Below, in pieces: positions 1 to 10,067 of a DNA stretch of 64,000 nt (positions within the stretch are counted from its first letter, which is position 1; each line of letters opens with the position of its first letter). The DNA is from an uncultured Clostridia bacterium. GTDB taxonomy: Bacteria > Bacillota > Clostridia > TANB77 > CAG-508. Made by a program: the position numbers and the translations under genes. The DNA is taken from the NCBI GenBank assembly GCA_947623865.1, contig CANQIC010000003.1, forward strand, positions 20,209-84,208, written 5' to 3'. A model generated the notes under the pieces. That model worked only from the letters and a program-made list of their open reading frames with translations. It made no database searches and was not told where the DNA came from.

Positions 1-948
1 TATATGGAATAGAAAAATTCCTACTATTCCTGTAGCAATATATGATCCCAAATCATCTCTTGCAGTTTTTGCAATATTAATAGCTTTAGTAATTAATATA
101 ACATATACTACAATTATCAATCCACATATTATAAATCCCAGTTCTTCTCCTATCATTGCAAATATAAAGTCAGTAGTTTTAGGATATAAAAAACCGAGAT
201 GAGTTTGAGTTCCTTTAAGTAACCCCATACCAAAAAGTTTTCCTGCTCCTATTGCTATTTTAGATTGTATAATATTATATCCTGCTCCTCTTGGATCTAA
301 ATCAGGATTTAAGTATACATCTATTCTAGACTTTGCATGATCTGGTAGTATAAAAAAGTACATTATAGGAACTAATATAACAAGCAATAAAAGAGAGACA
401 ATTATATACTTTTTATTAATACCTGCAACAAATAATATTAATGCTAATGATAGGATATATGCTATAGCTGTACCATAGTCTGGTTGCATTATAATTAATA
501 TTGTAGGTAGAAGTACAATAGCTGAAATTATAGCTAATTTAGAAAGTTTATTAATATCATTATGTGATTTTTTTTGAATATTTACTATTGTTGTACTAAG
601 TAACATTATAACAAAAACTTTTGCAAGTTCTGCTGGTTGAAATGCAAAGAATCCTATATTAAACCAGCTATTAGCACCATTTACAGCATTAGTAAATAAT
701 ACTGCTATCAATAGTATTATTGATATTCCATATAAATAAGGAGAAATTCTAACTATTATACTATAATCAATAAATAATATCCCCATCATAATTGGAATAC
801 TAATAGCTATCCATATACATTGTTTTTTAAATTCAAGTAAATCGTTCTCTATTGTTGCACTATATAATGCTATTAATCCTATTATTATTAATATAAAAAC
901 ACATATTAAAATACTCCAATCAGTATTTTTTAATATCCTTTTGTTCAT
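1..948 (-). CDS. rodA: SEDS-family cell-wall polymerase (FtsW/RodA/SpoVE); 3' end runs off the window
   Basis: Not in ORF track (edge-truncated). Own translation from ATG at 948-946: MNKRILKNTDWSILICVFILIIIGLIALYSA...IMQPDYGTAIAY...DPRGAGYNIIQSKIAIG. Multi-TM SEDS pattern, directly downstream of minD-minE. Confidence 0.8.
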   Translation of the reverse strand, partial: MNKRILKNTDWSILICVFILIIIGLIALYSATIENDLLEFKKQCIWIAISIPIMMGILFIDYSIIVRISPYLYGISIILLIAVLFTNAVNGANSWFNIGFFAFQPAELAKVFVIMLLSTTIVNIQKKSHNDINKLSKLAIISAIVLLPTILIIMQPDYGTAIAYILSLALILFVAGINKKYIIVSLLLLVILVPIMYFFILPDHAKSRIDVYLNPDLDPRGAGYNIIQSKIAIGAGKLFGMGLLKGTQTHLGFLYPKTTDFIFAMIGEELGFIICGLIIVVYVILITKAINIAKTARDDLGSYIATGIVGIFLFHI

Positions 949-1025
949 TTTTACCTCTCTATGATTTATATCTTAATTTTTTAAAAGCAAGTATTTAATT
1001 ACTTGCTTTTATGATAGTATATATC

Positions 1026-1709
1026 TTATTTTTTATTACTATTTTTCTTTTTCGCTGTATTGGTAGTATTACTACTTTTTGTGTTAGGTTTATCTTTTTT
1101 ATTTTCTTCTATTTTATTCTTTTCTGTTTTTGTTTTATCTATACCTTTATCTTCTTCTGATTCAGATTCTTTTGCTTTCTCTGTTTGTTGTTCTTTTTTT
1201 GTTTCTTGTTTATCTTCAGTTTTATCTTCAGTATTCGTTTTTTCCGTTTTATCTTCTTCAATTTCTTCTGTTTTATTTTGAATCTCTTCTTCTTTTTCAA
1301 TATCCTTTTCTATATTCTTTTCATTTTCACTATCTTTATTAGCATCATTATCAATTATCTCATCTTTTTCTTCTAACTTTTTGTTTTCTTCTTTATTTAC
1401 TTCAACTTTTATATCATTTTTTATATTTAAAATTGGAATATTAGCATAAAGAGATGGTGCTCCCTTAGTTCCATCTTCTCCAACTTCATTTGTAAGTCTA
1501 ACATCTATTGCAGATTCCTCTACATCTATATACTTTTTTATAACTTCTATTATCTCTTGTTTCATTAATTCTAAGAAATCTGCAGAAACATTTGCTCTAT
1601 CCTGCATTAATACTAGATGTAATCTTTCTTTTGCTGTTTCTTTACTAGGCGTCTGTTTTTCTTCTGATTTCATTAATTTCCTAAAAAATTTTGCAATATT
1701 CTCAAACAT
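1026..1709 (-). CDS. minE: Cell division topological specificity factor MinE with ~135-aa Glu/Lys-rich C-terminal extension
   Basis: First ~90 aa are MinE-like (KERLHLVLMQDRANVS...EIIEVIKKYIDV...APSLYANIPI) and the gene follows minD. The remainder is E/K/D/N low complexity. Confidence 0.85.
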   Translation of the reverse strand: MFENIAKFFRKLMKSEEKQTPSKETAKERLHLVLMQDRANVSADFLELMKQEIIEVIKKYIDVEESAIDVRLTNEVGEDGTKGAPSLYANIPILNIKNDIKVEVNKEENKKLEEKDEIIDNDANKDSENEKNIEKDIEKEEEIQNKTEEIEEDKTEKTNTEDKTEDKQETKKEQQTEKAKESESEEDKGIDKTKTEKNKIEENKKDKPNTKSSNTTNTAKKKNSNKK

Positions 1710-1757
1710 TTTATTTTCCTTTCTAGAAGTAATTTATTCTTATTACTACTTTTATTA

Positions 1758-2552
1758 TTACTTTCTTGTAAACCAACTTTTTATTTTAGCCCATAATCCC
1801 TTTTCTCTACCTGGAATTGTTACTTCAATATTTTCTCCTAGTATTCTTCTTGATATTTCAATATACGATTTTCCTGATGGTGCTTTTTTATTTTTAATAA
1901 CTGGTTCACCTTTGTTTGTTTGTGTAATTATATATTCATCATCTGGAACTACACCAATTAAATCAACAGATAGTAAATCTACAATGTCTTCTACTTCCAT
2001 CATTTCACCTTTTTTAACCATAGCTGGCCTTAATCTGTTTACTATTAGTTCTGGATTTTTTATTTCTGAACTTTCTAATAATCCTATTATTCTATCTGCA
2101 TCCCTTATTGCTGATATTTCAGCTGTAGTTACTACAATTGCTCTATCAGCACCTGCAATTGCATTCTTAAACCCCTGTTCTATTCCTGCTGGGCAATCAA
2201 TTAATATATAATCAAAATCTGCTTTTAATTTTTTAGTTAACTCCTTCATTTGTTCTTCATTTATTGCTGTTTTGTCTCTTGTTTGAGCAGCTGGGAGTAA
2301 AAATAACTCTTCAAAACGCTTGTCCTTAATTAATGCTTGTCTTAATTTGCATTTTTCTTCTACAACATCTACTATGTCATAAACTATTCTATTTTCTAAT
2401 CCCATAACAACATCTAGGTTTCTTAGTCCAATATCTGTATCTACTAAAACGACTTTTTTACCTGCTTCTGCTAAGCTGGATCCTAGATTAGCTGTTGTAG
2501 TTGTTTTTCCAACTCCACCTTTTCCTGATGTTATAACTATAACTTCTCCCAT
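1758..2552 (-). CDS. minD: Septum site-determining ATPase MinD
   Basis: Deviant Walker A GKGGVGKTT, ParA/MinD family over the full 264 aa, C-terminal amphipathic tail. Confidence 0.95.
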   Translation of the reverse strand: MGEVIVITSGKGGVGKTTTTANLGSSLAEAGKKVVLVDTDIGLRNLDVVMGLENRIVYDIVDVVEEKCKLRQALIKDKRFEELFLLPAAQTRDKTAINEEQMKELTKKLKADFDYILIDCPAGIEQGFKNAIAGADRAIVVTTAEISAIRDADRIIGLLESSEIKNPELIVNRLRPAMVKKGEMMEVEDIVDLLSVDLIGVVPDDEYIITQTNKGEPVIKNKKAPSGKSYIEISRRILGENIEVTIPGREKGLWAKIKSWFTRK

Positions 2553-2678
2553 AAACTTTCCTCCTAAAATAAAATACGGATTAACAATTTTAAATTATAA
2601 ATAGTTAAAAAATTGTGACATTTGTATATTATATTGTATAGAAATTTTCTTTCCTCTGGTCAGAAATTTCTACAATAT

Positions 2679-2711
2679 AAAATAACTGTATTTTTTCGAT
2701 ACAGTTATTTT
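2679..2711. terminator. Hairpin terminator between the 2889-4280 gene and minD
   Basis: Stem AAAATAACTGTAT / ATACAGTTATTTT with 7-nt loop and T-rich flanks on both strands. Confidence 0.5.
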
Positions 2712-2888
2712 ATAATTTTTTCTTAAAAAAGTCAATTCATTAGTGAAATTTATCATATATTAGAAATTATAAATAACAAATTTTTCATTTATTATTACTA
2801 ATTTAAGTTTAATATTTTTATATCTAAAATATAAAATAATATCATATTTATAATAGTTTACTTAAATTCTTTAAGAAATATATTTATT

Positions 2889-4280
2889 TTATTGTATATC
2901 CCATACGTTATAGGTATAAGTTTTTCCTTCTTCATGTGCATCTTTTACTGTTTTTGTATCCACTTTTTTCAATTGGACTTCAGATGATAGAGAAACTACG
3001 GGGCGGACGCCACGGGCTCCCCAACCGTAGAAGAAGACATAGCGAAGGACAGGGTCCACACAATACACATAGCGACTGTTGCTGGCAACCGGCACATAGT
3101 AGAAGGAGTAATTATTTATTAAATTATCGTATCTTGTTCCGTTTATAGTTCGGAAAGTTGAATTAGTATATGTATCTGCATTTGTTGTATCCATATATTT
3201 ATCATACCACTTATCTAATTTTGATTTTGTTAGTACTGTTGCTTCTGTTGCATGTTGGCTTGTATTTACATATTTACTCCAGTCCCTTTTGGTATAGTTT
3301 TCTGTTAAATTTAAATCTGTTGCATTTGTATTTACATTTCCTGATAATATATATTCACTTATATATCCAATGTTAGGTTCTTCTTGATAATGATAATAAT
3401 CCTCTGGGCATCCTGCTGATATTAATGTGATACTTCCATCTTCTCCTATATCAAACACTCTCCAACCGGTTATTGCTTCTCCACTTTCATCTTTCACATA
3501 GTTATATTGTGTACATGGAGTTGCATTCCCATTTCTACTATCCCCTTCTTTAAATCCTCCAAATTGAATTACTGTATTTGGTAAACTTGTACTATTGTTT
3601 GCTTGTACTAAATCTTCATTTGGTCCTACCTTAATTGCTTCTATTTCTTCTTTACTCCATGTTCCTGCATCATAATTTACAAAATCTCCTATGTGTAATT
3701 TGTTTGGGTCATAATCTGGATCTTTTTCATCTTTTCCGTTTGGGTCAAATATTTCTATTACATTTTTATAATCTTCTTCGTCAGAATAGTTATTTTCTTT
3801 TGAGTATATTTTAGAACCATTATCATATATAACTTCTATAGTATGCCCTCTTCCTTCAAATTTAGCTATAAGTTCTGTATTATCTCCTATTGGTGTCCAA
3901 TATCCATTAGTTAACTGATCTGAATAATCGCTCGCTTTAAACCTCAAATCATTCATTAAAATGTATATTGTGTTTTCATCATTATTAAAATCATAATATT
4001 TACCATTTATATTTACATCTTTTTGTTCTTTACCCATCATTAATAATTGCTGAACTGTATATATAGGTATTATATTATCATTGTTAAAGTATGAATTATA
4101 AATTTCTTCCATAGTAGATTTAGGCTCATATATACTTCTTGTTTCATTTATCATTTCCTTTTGAGTTTTTACTTTATTTGCTACTAATATATATGTAGTT
4201 ACCAAAGATGATATCATGAATAATATTGTTACTAATGTTATCATTGTTATCATACCATTTTCACTTTTTATACTTCTCAT
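2889..4280 (-). CDS. Membrane-anchored secreted protein of unknown function with C-terminal ...GWGARGVRPVVSL module
   Basis: ORF track 2889..4328. The likely start is the ATG at 4280 (MRSIKSENGMITMITLVTILFMISSLV...), preceded by AAAGGGGA. Single N-terminal hydrophobic (pseudopilin-like) segment. No family confidently recognised. Confidence 0.6.
   Translation of the reverse strand: MRSIKSENGMITMITLVTILFMISSLVTTYILVANKVKTQKEMINETRSIYEPKSTMEEIYNSYFNNDNIIPIYTVQQLLMMGKEQKDVNINGKYYDFNNDENTIYILMNDLRFKASDYSDQLTNGYWTPIGDNTELIAKFEGRGHTIEVIYDNGSKIYSKENNYSDEEDYKNVIEIFDPNGKDEKDPDYDPNKLHIGDFVNYDAGTWSKEEIEAIKVGPNEDLVQANNSTSLPNTVIQFGGFKEGDSRNGNATPCTQYNYVKDESGEAITGWRVFDIGEDGSITLISAGCPEDYYHYQEEPNIGYISEYILSGNVNTNATDLNLTENYTKRDWSKYVNTSQHATEATVLTKSKLDKWYDKYMDTTNADTYTNSTFRTINGTRYDNLINNYSFYYVPVASNSRYVYCVDPVLRYVFFYGWGARGVRPVVSLSSEVQLKKVDTKTVKDAHEEGKTYTYNVWDIQ
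2994..3110 (-). other. GC-rich, adenine-poor, NNC-codon-rich patch inside the 3' end of the CDS (DGR variable-region-like)
   Basis: My count over 117 nt of coding strand: 56% GC and 14 A (12%). 20 of 39 codons end in C (TAC TCC TTC TAC ... GTC TTC TTC TAC GGT TGG GGA GCC CGT GGC GTC CGC CCC). Ends in the ~24-nt GC-rich run GGGGAGCCCGTGGCGTCCGCCCCG. Confidence 0.5.
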
Positions 4281-4444
4281 TTGTTTCCCCTTTATTATAT
4301 TTGCCTTAAAGGATAACACTTTAGTCAAATATATTTTTTAATAGACTAAGGTATGCTCCTTATTTTTATTATAATGCAATTGATTTTATTTTTGCAAGAT
4401 GTTTTTAATTTTATTTACTTATATTACTAAAAATGTTAAAATAT

Positions 4445-4708
4445 AAATTGTTGTTTGTGTGAGGAAATTCGACATTTGGAATTTGAAATCTAGATTATAG
4501 AATTCAATAGAAATTATAATAGATGTTAATCCATTTTTCGGGGTTCCGGCACCTGCTTCGGAGAACTTCTGCCGGGCGATAAAATGGTTAACAAATATTA
4601 TATTTCTATTGAGTTTATTGCCTACATCTATTCGCTAGGACGGAGGAAAAAATTCCATTTCTGCGAAATAAATTTTTTCCTCACGTCCGGACGCTCAAAC
4701 AACAATTT
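4445..4708. repeat. Family A composite palindromic element (TIR AAATTGTTGTTTGT ... ACAAACAACAATTT) carrying hairpin module H
   Basis: Outer inverted termini. Inner GTGAGGAAA...TTTTCCTCAC arms. The central long hairpin AATAGAAATTATAATAGATGTTAATCCATTTTTCGGGGTTCCGGCA...TGCCGGGCGATAAAATGGTTAACAAATATTATATTTCTATT is shared with the copy at 44039. The right end abuts the mutS2 RBS AAGGAG. Confidence 0.8.
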
Positions 4709-4720
4709 AAGGAGATTTTT

Positions 4721-7068
4721 ATGAACAATAAATATTTAGAAAAATTAGAATATAATAAGGTTTTAGATATTTTATGCTCATTTGCTAAAACCTATATTGG
4801 TATAAATAAGTGCAAAAATTTAAAACCCTCAGCTAATGTAGAATATCTATTAAATCAAACTTATGAAGCATATAATTTAATTTGCAGAAATGGAAATATT
4901 CCAATTGCTGAAATTGATAATATAGATATACTTATTAAAAATTTAGAATCTAATTTTTCTTTAACTAGCTGTGATTTATTAAAACTCACACATATATTAA
5001 AGACATCTAGGGAACTTAGAGAGTATTTTCCTTTTGAAGACAAAAATTACAATCTAATCTTCAACTATTTTTCTAATCTTTATATAAATAAACAATTAGA
5101 AAAAGAAGTAAACGATAAAATTTTAGATGAAAATACAATTGCAGATAATGCTTCTGCAAAATTAAAGTCTATTAGAAAGTCTCAAAAAGATTTAAGTTTA
5201 GAGATAAAAAATAAATTGAATACTATAGTTCATTCCTCTACATATTCAAAATACCTTCAAGATAGTGTTGTAACAATAAAAAATGAAAGATATGTTGTTC
5301 CTGTTAAAGAAGAGTATAGAAGTCAAATAAAAGGATTTGTGCATAGCATATCTTCAAGTGGTTCTACTGTATTTATTGAACCTTTATCTGTTTTTGAGCT
5401 TAATAATGAGCTTAATAATTTAAAAGCAGATGAACAAATTGAAATACTCCGAATTTTAGAAGATCTTTCACAAAAATTTTCATTAATTACAAACGAACTG
5501 AAAAATAATATTAACTTAATAGGAGAAATTGACTTTATTTTTGCAAGGGCTAGCTTTAGCAAGAGTATTAATGGTATAAAGCCAGAAATAAATAAAAACA
5601 AATGTATAAATTTAGTATCTGCAAGGCATCCATTAATTGATAAAAATAGAGTTGTTCCAATAGATATAAGTATTGGAGAAAAATATTCCTCACTAATTAT
5701 AACTGGTCCTAATACTGGAGGAAAAACAGTTGCTTTAAAAACTACTGGACTTTTGCTCATTATGGCATATAGTGGACTTCTTATTCCAACAAATGAAAAA
5801 AGTAGCATATATGTATTTGATAATATCTTTGCTGATATAGGAGATGAACAAAGTATCTTAGAGTCTTTAAGTACTTTTTCTTCGCATATGTTGAATATCA
5901 TAGAAATAGTTAAATCGGCAACTAAAAATAGTTTAGTATTATTAGATGAACTTCGGTTCTGGTACTGATCCAATTGAAGGTAGCAAGCTCGCAATTAGCA
6001 TATTAGAATATTTTTATAATTTAGGTGCAATTACAATTAGCACAACACATTACCAAGAATTAAAAGAATACGCTCTTTCGAATATTGGTTTTGAAAATGC
6101 TAGCTTTGAATTTAATATTGAAACCTTATCTCCTACTTACAAACTTTTAATTGGAATACCAGGTAAAAGTAATGCATTTGCAATTAGTAAAAAGTTAGGT
6201 TTAGATAATAATATTTTAGAAAGAGCAAAATCTTTAATTGAAAAAAATGATATTAACATAGAAGATTTACTGAAAGGAATATATGACAATAAACTAGAAA
6301 TAGAAAAGCAAAAAGAAGAAACTATAAAAAACTTAAAGCAAGTAGAACTATTAAGAAAAAAATTAGAAAAAGACTATTCTGATTTAGAAGAGAAAGCAAA
6401 TATGACTATTATCAATGCTAAAAATGAAGCAAGAGATATATTGCTAGATGCTGAGGAAAATGCTGATAGAATTATTAAAGAAATGAATACTTTATCTAAA
6501 AATAAAAATTCTATGCAAGAATTATACAATTTAAAAAATGAGTTGAATATAAAAATAAAGAATGTTACTTATGGAAATTCTAGTAATGAAAAAGGAAATA
6601 TAAATTTAGAAGATGTAAAAATTGGTATGAGTGTATTCGTTATACCTCTTAATAAAGAACGGAATAATATCATCTCTACCTAATGATTCTAGCGATGTAG
6701 AAGTTCAAATTGGTAGTTTAAAAACGAACATTAATATAAATAAACTTATGAAAATTAAAAATAGCAATAAAAAGGTTACTAATATATCTAAAAATAGCAA
6801 TGTGGCTATAAATAAATCTAAAACTATTTCACCTGAAATAAACGTAATTGGGTTAAATGTAGAGGAAGCAAATCAAATCATTGATAAATATCTAGATGAT
6901 GCAAATTTATCAAAACTAGAAACTGTAAGAATAGTTCATGGAAAAGGAACAGGAAAGTTGCGTCAAGGAATTCACGCATTTTTAAAAACACATCCACACG
7001 TAAAATCATTTAGACTAGGAACTTATGGCGAAGGTGAAATTGGAGTTACTGTTGTTACATTAAAATAA
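4721..7068 (+). CDS. mutS2: Endonuclease MutS2 (781 aa after two +1 shifts at CGG)
   Basis: Three ORF-track pieces (4721..5968, 5946..6683, 6631..7068) join at in-frame CGG 5954 and 6660. P-loop GPNTGGKT, Walker B LLDEL(G)SGTDP, C-terminal Smr domain (VRIVHGKGTGKLR). Length minus 2 nt is divisible by 3. Confidence 0.9.
5954..5957 (+). other. mutS2: In-frame CGG +1 recoding site (CGGT)
   Basis: GAA CTT CGG T|TCT GGT ACT gives E L (G) S G T. The 0-frame hits TGA at 5966. Confidence 0.8.
6660..6663 (+). other. mutS2: In-frame CGG +1 recoding site (CGGA)
   Basis: AAA GAA CGG A|ATA ATA TCA gives K E (G) I I S. The 0-frame hits TAA at 6681. Confidence 0.75.
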
Positions 7069-7150
7069 GGTCCTGCTTATTTATAACACCCTTTTCACTT
7101 TCAAATAGTCTTTTAACGCAGATTGCAAAAGTTTTGAAAAGTTTACATTT

Positions 7151-8434
7151 TCATTTCATGCTTACAAATTCTATATCATCTTTTTTATATTCCTCGGGCT
7201 TTAATCCGAATCTTGTCCTCATATAATCTAAAACTATTATCATAATTGCTAATGAGAATAATCCAACTATTAAAAATGAATTTTCTACATTTAGTAATAA
7301 TCCTCCTAATATTGAAAAAATACTTGCTGCTATCCCTCCAATAAATTCATATGTAAATGTTATTTTGTTTCTCATATCTTCGGTTGTAAAATTTTTTAGA
7401 TATTTAGATTCTAGTATATACCATATTGATGTACTTATCTTATGAACTGCAAGCATTATTAATATTATTGGAATGATTCCCTTACCTTGATATATACTTG
7501 AAACTGTTCCTATTACTATACAAGCTCCAATATATATTAGTGATATGAATGATAATGTTCTATTTTTGAACTTCTTCTCAATAGGTCTTTTAAATGAAAG
7601 TGAAATTCCTCCAATTAGTGTAAGTATTGAAAATATTATTGAAAATTGTTCTTCTGGAATTCCTATTGTTATAAGCAAATCACTACTGTAAGTATTAATA
7701 ATCTCTATTAAGCTATATAATACTATTTGGAATAATATAAAAGCTTTCATTCTTTTTGATTTTAAAATAAATTTAAAACAACTTTTTAAGTCATTTGAAT
7801 ATTCTTTTATTGTACTACTCAAATTCGCGTTTTTTCTATCTATTTTTACCACATATACATCTTTAAATTTTAAAGATATAATTGTTGAAATTACAATAAA
7901 AGCTAAACATATTATTATTGGTATGTAATTATTTATTACAAATAAGTATCCAGCAGTTAAAGATGCTATTCCATCTAATATATAATACCAACTTCCACCT
8001 TTTGCATCTAATTTTGAATATAATCCTTCTCCACCTCTTGTTGAAACAGAATCATACAACAAATTAGTTTCTGCAATAGTTTTAATGTTATAACCGAGTG
8101 AAAAAATTAAGTTTGCAAAAATAATACTAGTTGCTCCTGGTAATAAAATTAATGCTAACATATAAAATATAAGAAGTACATTACCAAGAACTATACTTTT
8201 TTTTCTTCCAATAAAATCTGTAATTGTAACTGCTGGTATTTGCATTATTATTACAAAAAATAAGTAAAATCCATTTATTACTAATACATCTGATGGTGTA
8301 ATTTTTTTAGTTATTGTATAAAATAAAAATTCTATTGAATAAAAAAATAACAAATCCCATGAAAACATTTTATATATTGGATATAGTTCTGCATTTTTTC
8401 TTCTAATTTTATTTAGCTCTTTTCTATTATTCAT
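7151..8434 (-). CDS. MFS-type transporter (12-TM-like membrane protein)
   Basis: 427 aa and hydrophobic throughout, with an MFS-like loop motif (DFIGRKKSIVLG). Confidence 0.65.
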   Translation of the reverse strand: MNNRKELNKIRRKNAELYPIYKMFSWDLLFFYSIEFLFYTITKKITPSDVLVINGFYLFFVIIMQIPAVTITDFIGRKKSIVLGNVLLIFYMLALILLPGATSIIFANLIFSLGYNIKTIAETNLLYDSVSTRGGEGLYSKLDAKGGSWYYILDGIASLTAGYLFVINNYIPIIICLAFIVISTIISLKFKDVYVVKIDRKNANLSSTIKEYSNDLKSCFKFILKSKRMKAFILFQIVLYSLIEIINTYSSDLLITIGIPEEQFSIIFSILTLIGGISLSFKRPIEKKFKNRTLSFISLIYIGACIVIGTVSSIYQGKGIIPIILIMLAVHKISTSIWYILESKYLKNFTTEDMRNKITFTYEFIGGIAASIFSILGGLLLNVENSFLIVGLFSLAIMIIVLDYMRTRFGLKPEEYKKDDIEFVSMK

Positions 8435-8468
8435 TTGTTTCTCCTATATTTTTTTATTTTAAAATTTT

Positions 8469-9720
8469 TTATATTACTTCATTTTCTTTTATCCATTTAA
8501 CTCTTTCTTCATGTAACATATTTCCAAATTCTATTCCATTTTCAATATTATATTTTTCTTTTAAATATTCACCATTAATTTCCGTTAGCATTTTGTTTCC
8601 TAATTCTAAAAATGTACATTGCTCTTTTTCTTCTTTGCTCAAAGCTCCAAATCTATTTCTATCACAATACACAACTATTTGAAGTCCTCCTAATCCTAAA
8701 ATAGATTTGCTAACTCTTTCTATGAATTCTACTTTTTTACTATCTGTCATTTTGCTAAATATTCCTCCGCCTCATATGCTCTCTGCTTGATGTAATTCCT
8801 GCTTTTTTCCAACTAGTAGGTACTCCAATTCTATTTGATAAATTTCTTACAGGTTCTACTCCTTTTTCGGCATGTCCATGATGATGTGGATACATTTCTT
8901 TAGGAGTCAAGCCCTTTCCTAAGTCATGCACTAATGTACTATATCTTATTAATAAGTCATCTGTTAGTTTTGCACTATTATCTACTGCAATCATTGTGTG
9001 GTTATAGCTATCTCCTTCTGGATGATATCTAATTGGTTGCATGCTTCCTATTAAATCATATATCTCTTTAAAATGAACATCTAAAACATTTGCTTCTCTC
9101 AATATATTAAAAAATTTTGATGGTTTATTTGATGAAAGTGCTTTTTTAAATTCTACAAATACTCTTTCTTTTGATAATGTATTTAGTTCATCCCTTAATT
9201 CATTCATAAGTTTTATTGTATTTGTTTCTACTTCAAAATCTAATTCACTTGCAAATCTTGCTACTCTATAAACTCTTAATGGATCTTCTAAAAAGCTATC
9301 TCCTACTGTCCTTATAGTTTTATTTTTCATATCAGCTATTCCATTAAATGGGTCAATAATTTCATTTGTTAAAACATCTTTTGCAATAGAATTAATCGTA
9401 ATATCCCTTCTTTTTAAATCTTCTTCTATTGTAATATTTTTATTTGTTGTTATTTCAAAGCTTTTATGACCTTTTCCTGTCTTTTTTTCAGTTCGTGCTA
9501 ATGCGAACTCCTTTCCACATAAGTCAAACACTTGAAATGATTTTCCTCTTGATATTGCCTCAGGAAAAAGTTCTATAAATTTATTTTTATCTATTCCAGT
9601 TACACAATAATCCTCATCATAAACAGGCCTATTTAATATACTATCTCTTACAGCTCCACCTACTAAATAAAGCCTACCTCCATTTTGTTCAATTAATTTT
9701 GCAATATTTTTTATCTCCAT
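8469..9720 (-). CDS. cca: CCA-adding tRNA nucleotidyltransferase with HD domain (416 aa after one +1 shift)
   Basis: ORFs 8755..9720 and 8469..8750 join at CGG 8767-8769. Motifs: GGAVRD, RRDITINS, HD motif VHDLGK. Confidence 0.85.
8766..8769 (-). other. cca: In-frame CGG +1 recoding site (CGGA)
   Basis: ATG AGG CGG A|GGA ATA TTT AGC AAA ATG gives M R (G) G I F S K M. The 0-frame stops at 8755. Confidence 0.75.
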
Positions 9721-9803
9721 ACCTTCCCCTACGCAATTTCTTTTATATTAACATATCACAAAAATATTTATTCCACAATATATAAATTTTATATTGGAAA
9801 ATA

Positions 9804-9832
9804 TTTACATTTTATGTTGGTAATGTTATTAT
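9804..9832 (+). promoter_or_regulatory. Candidate sigma-A promoter for the small ORF
   Basis: TTTACA - 17 nt - TATTAT. Confidence 0.4.
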
Positions 9833-9876
9833 TCTTGCCTTTCGCTTAATGTCAGAAAGGAGGTACATAAGCACAA

Positions 9877-9945
9877 ATGAAGAATTTAACTAAAATTGTA
9901 GCTTTGTTATTAATTCTTTTAATATTAAAAGAATTCAATAAATAA
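9877..9945 (+). CDS. 22-aa hydrophobic peptide (type I toxin-like candidate)
   Basis: Own call, below the ORF-track cutoff: MKNLTKIVALLLILLILKEFNK. GGAGG lies 13 nt upstream and a strong terminator follows. Confidence 0.35.
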   Translation: MKNLTKIVALLLILLILKEFNK

Positions 9946-9950
9946 AGCAA

Positions 9951-9985
9951 TCAGGCACTAGTTGCTCCTAGTGCCTGATTTTTTT
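9951..9985. terminator. Rho-independent terminator (bidirectional-looking)
   Basis: TCAGGCACTAG-ttgctc-CTAGTGCCTGA followed by T7 on the + strand. T-rich after the stem on the - strand too. Confidence 0.75.
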
Positions 9986-10035
9986 GTACATATTACAAAT
10001 GAAAAATTAACCAAAATTTCGCAATTGCTAAATAT

Positions 10036-10064
10036 ATTATATTAATTTTTACAATATTTGTCAA
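10036..10064 (-). promoter_or_regulatory. Consensus sigma-A promoter pointing toward the terminator, small ORF and cca
   Basis: Minus strand AACTATTGACAA - 17 nt - TATAAT, immediately after the FemX-like gene stop. Confidence 0.6.
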
Positions 10065-10067
10065 TAG

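Noticed and set aside
1060-1376. Antisense L/F/S-rich ORFs listed in the track: 1060..1281, 1130..1342 and 1185..1376 here, plus the same class elsewhere such as 2936..3148, 14271..14459, 18605..18868, 22109..22828, 35362..35655 and 45145..45516.
   Set aside because: They are low-complexity translations of the antisense strand of AT-rich genes, fully nested in well-supported CDSs, with no RBS or family resemblance.
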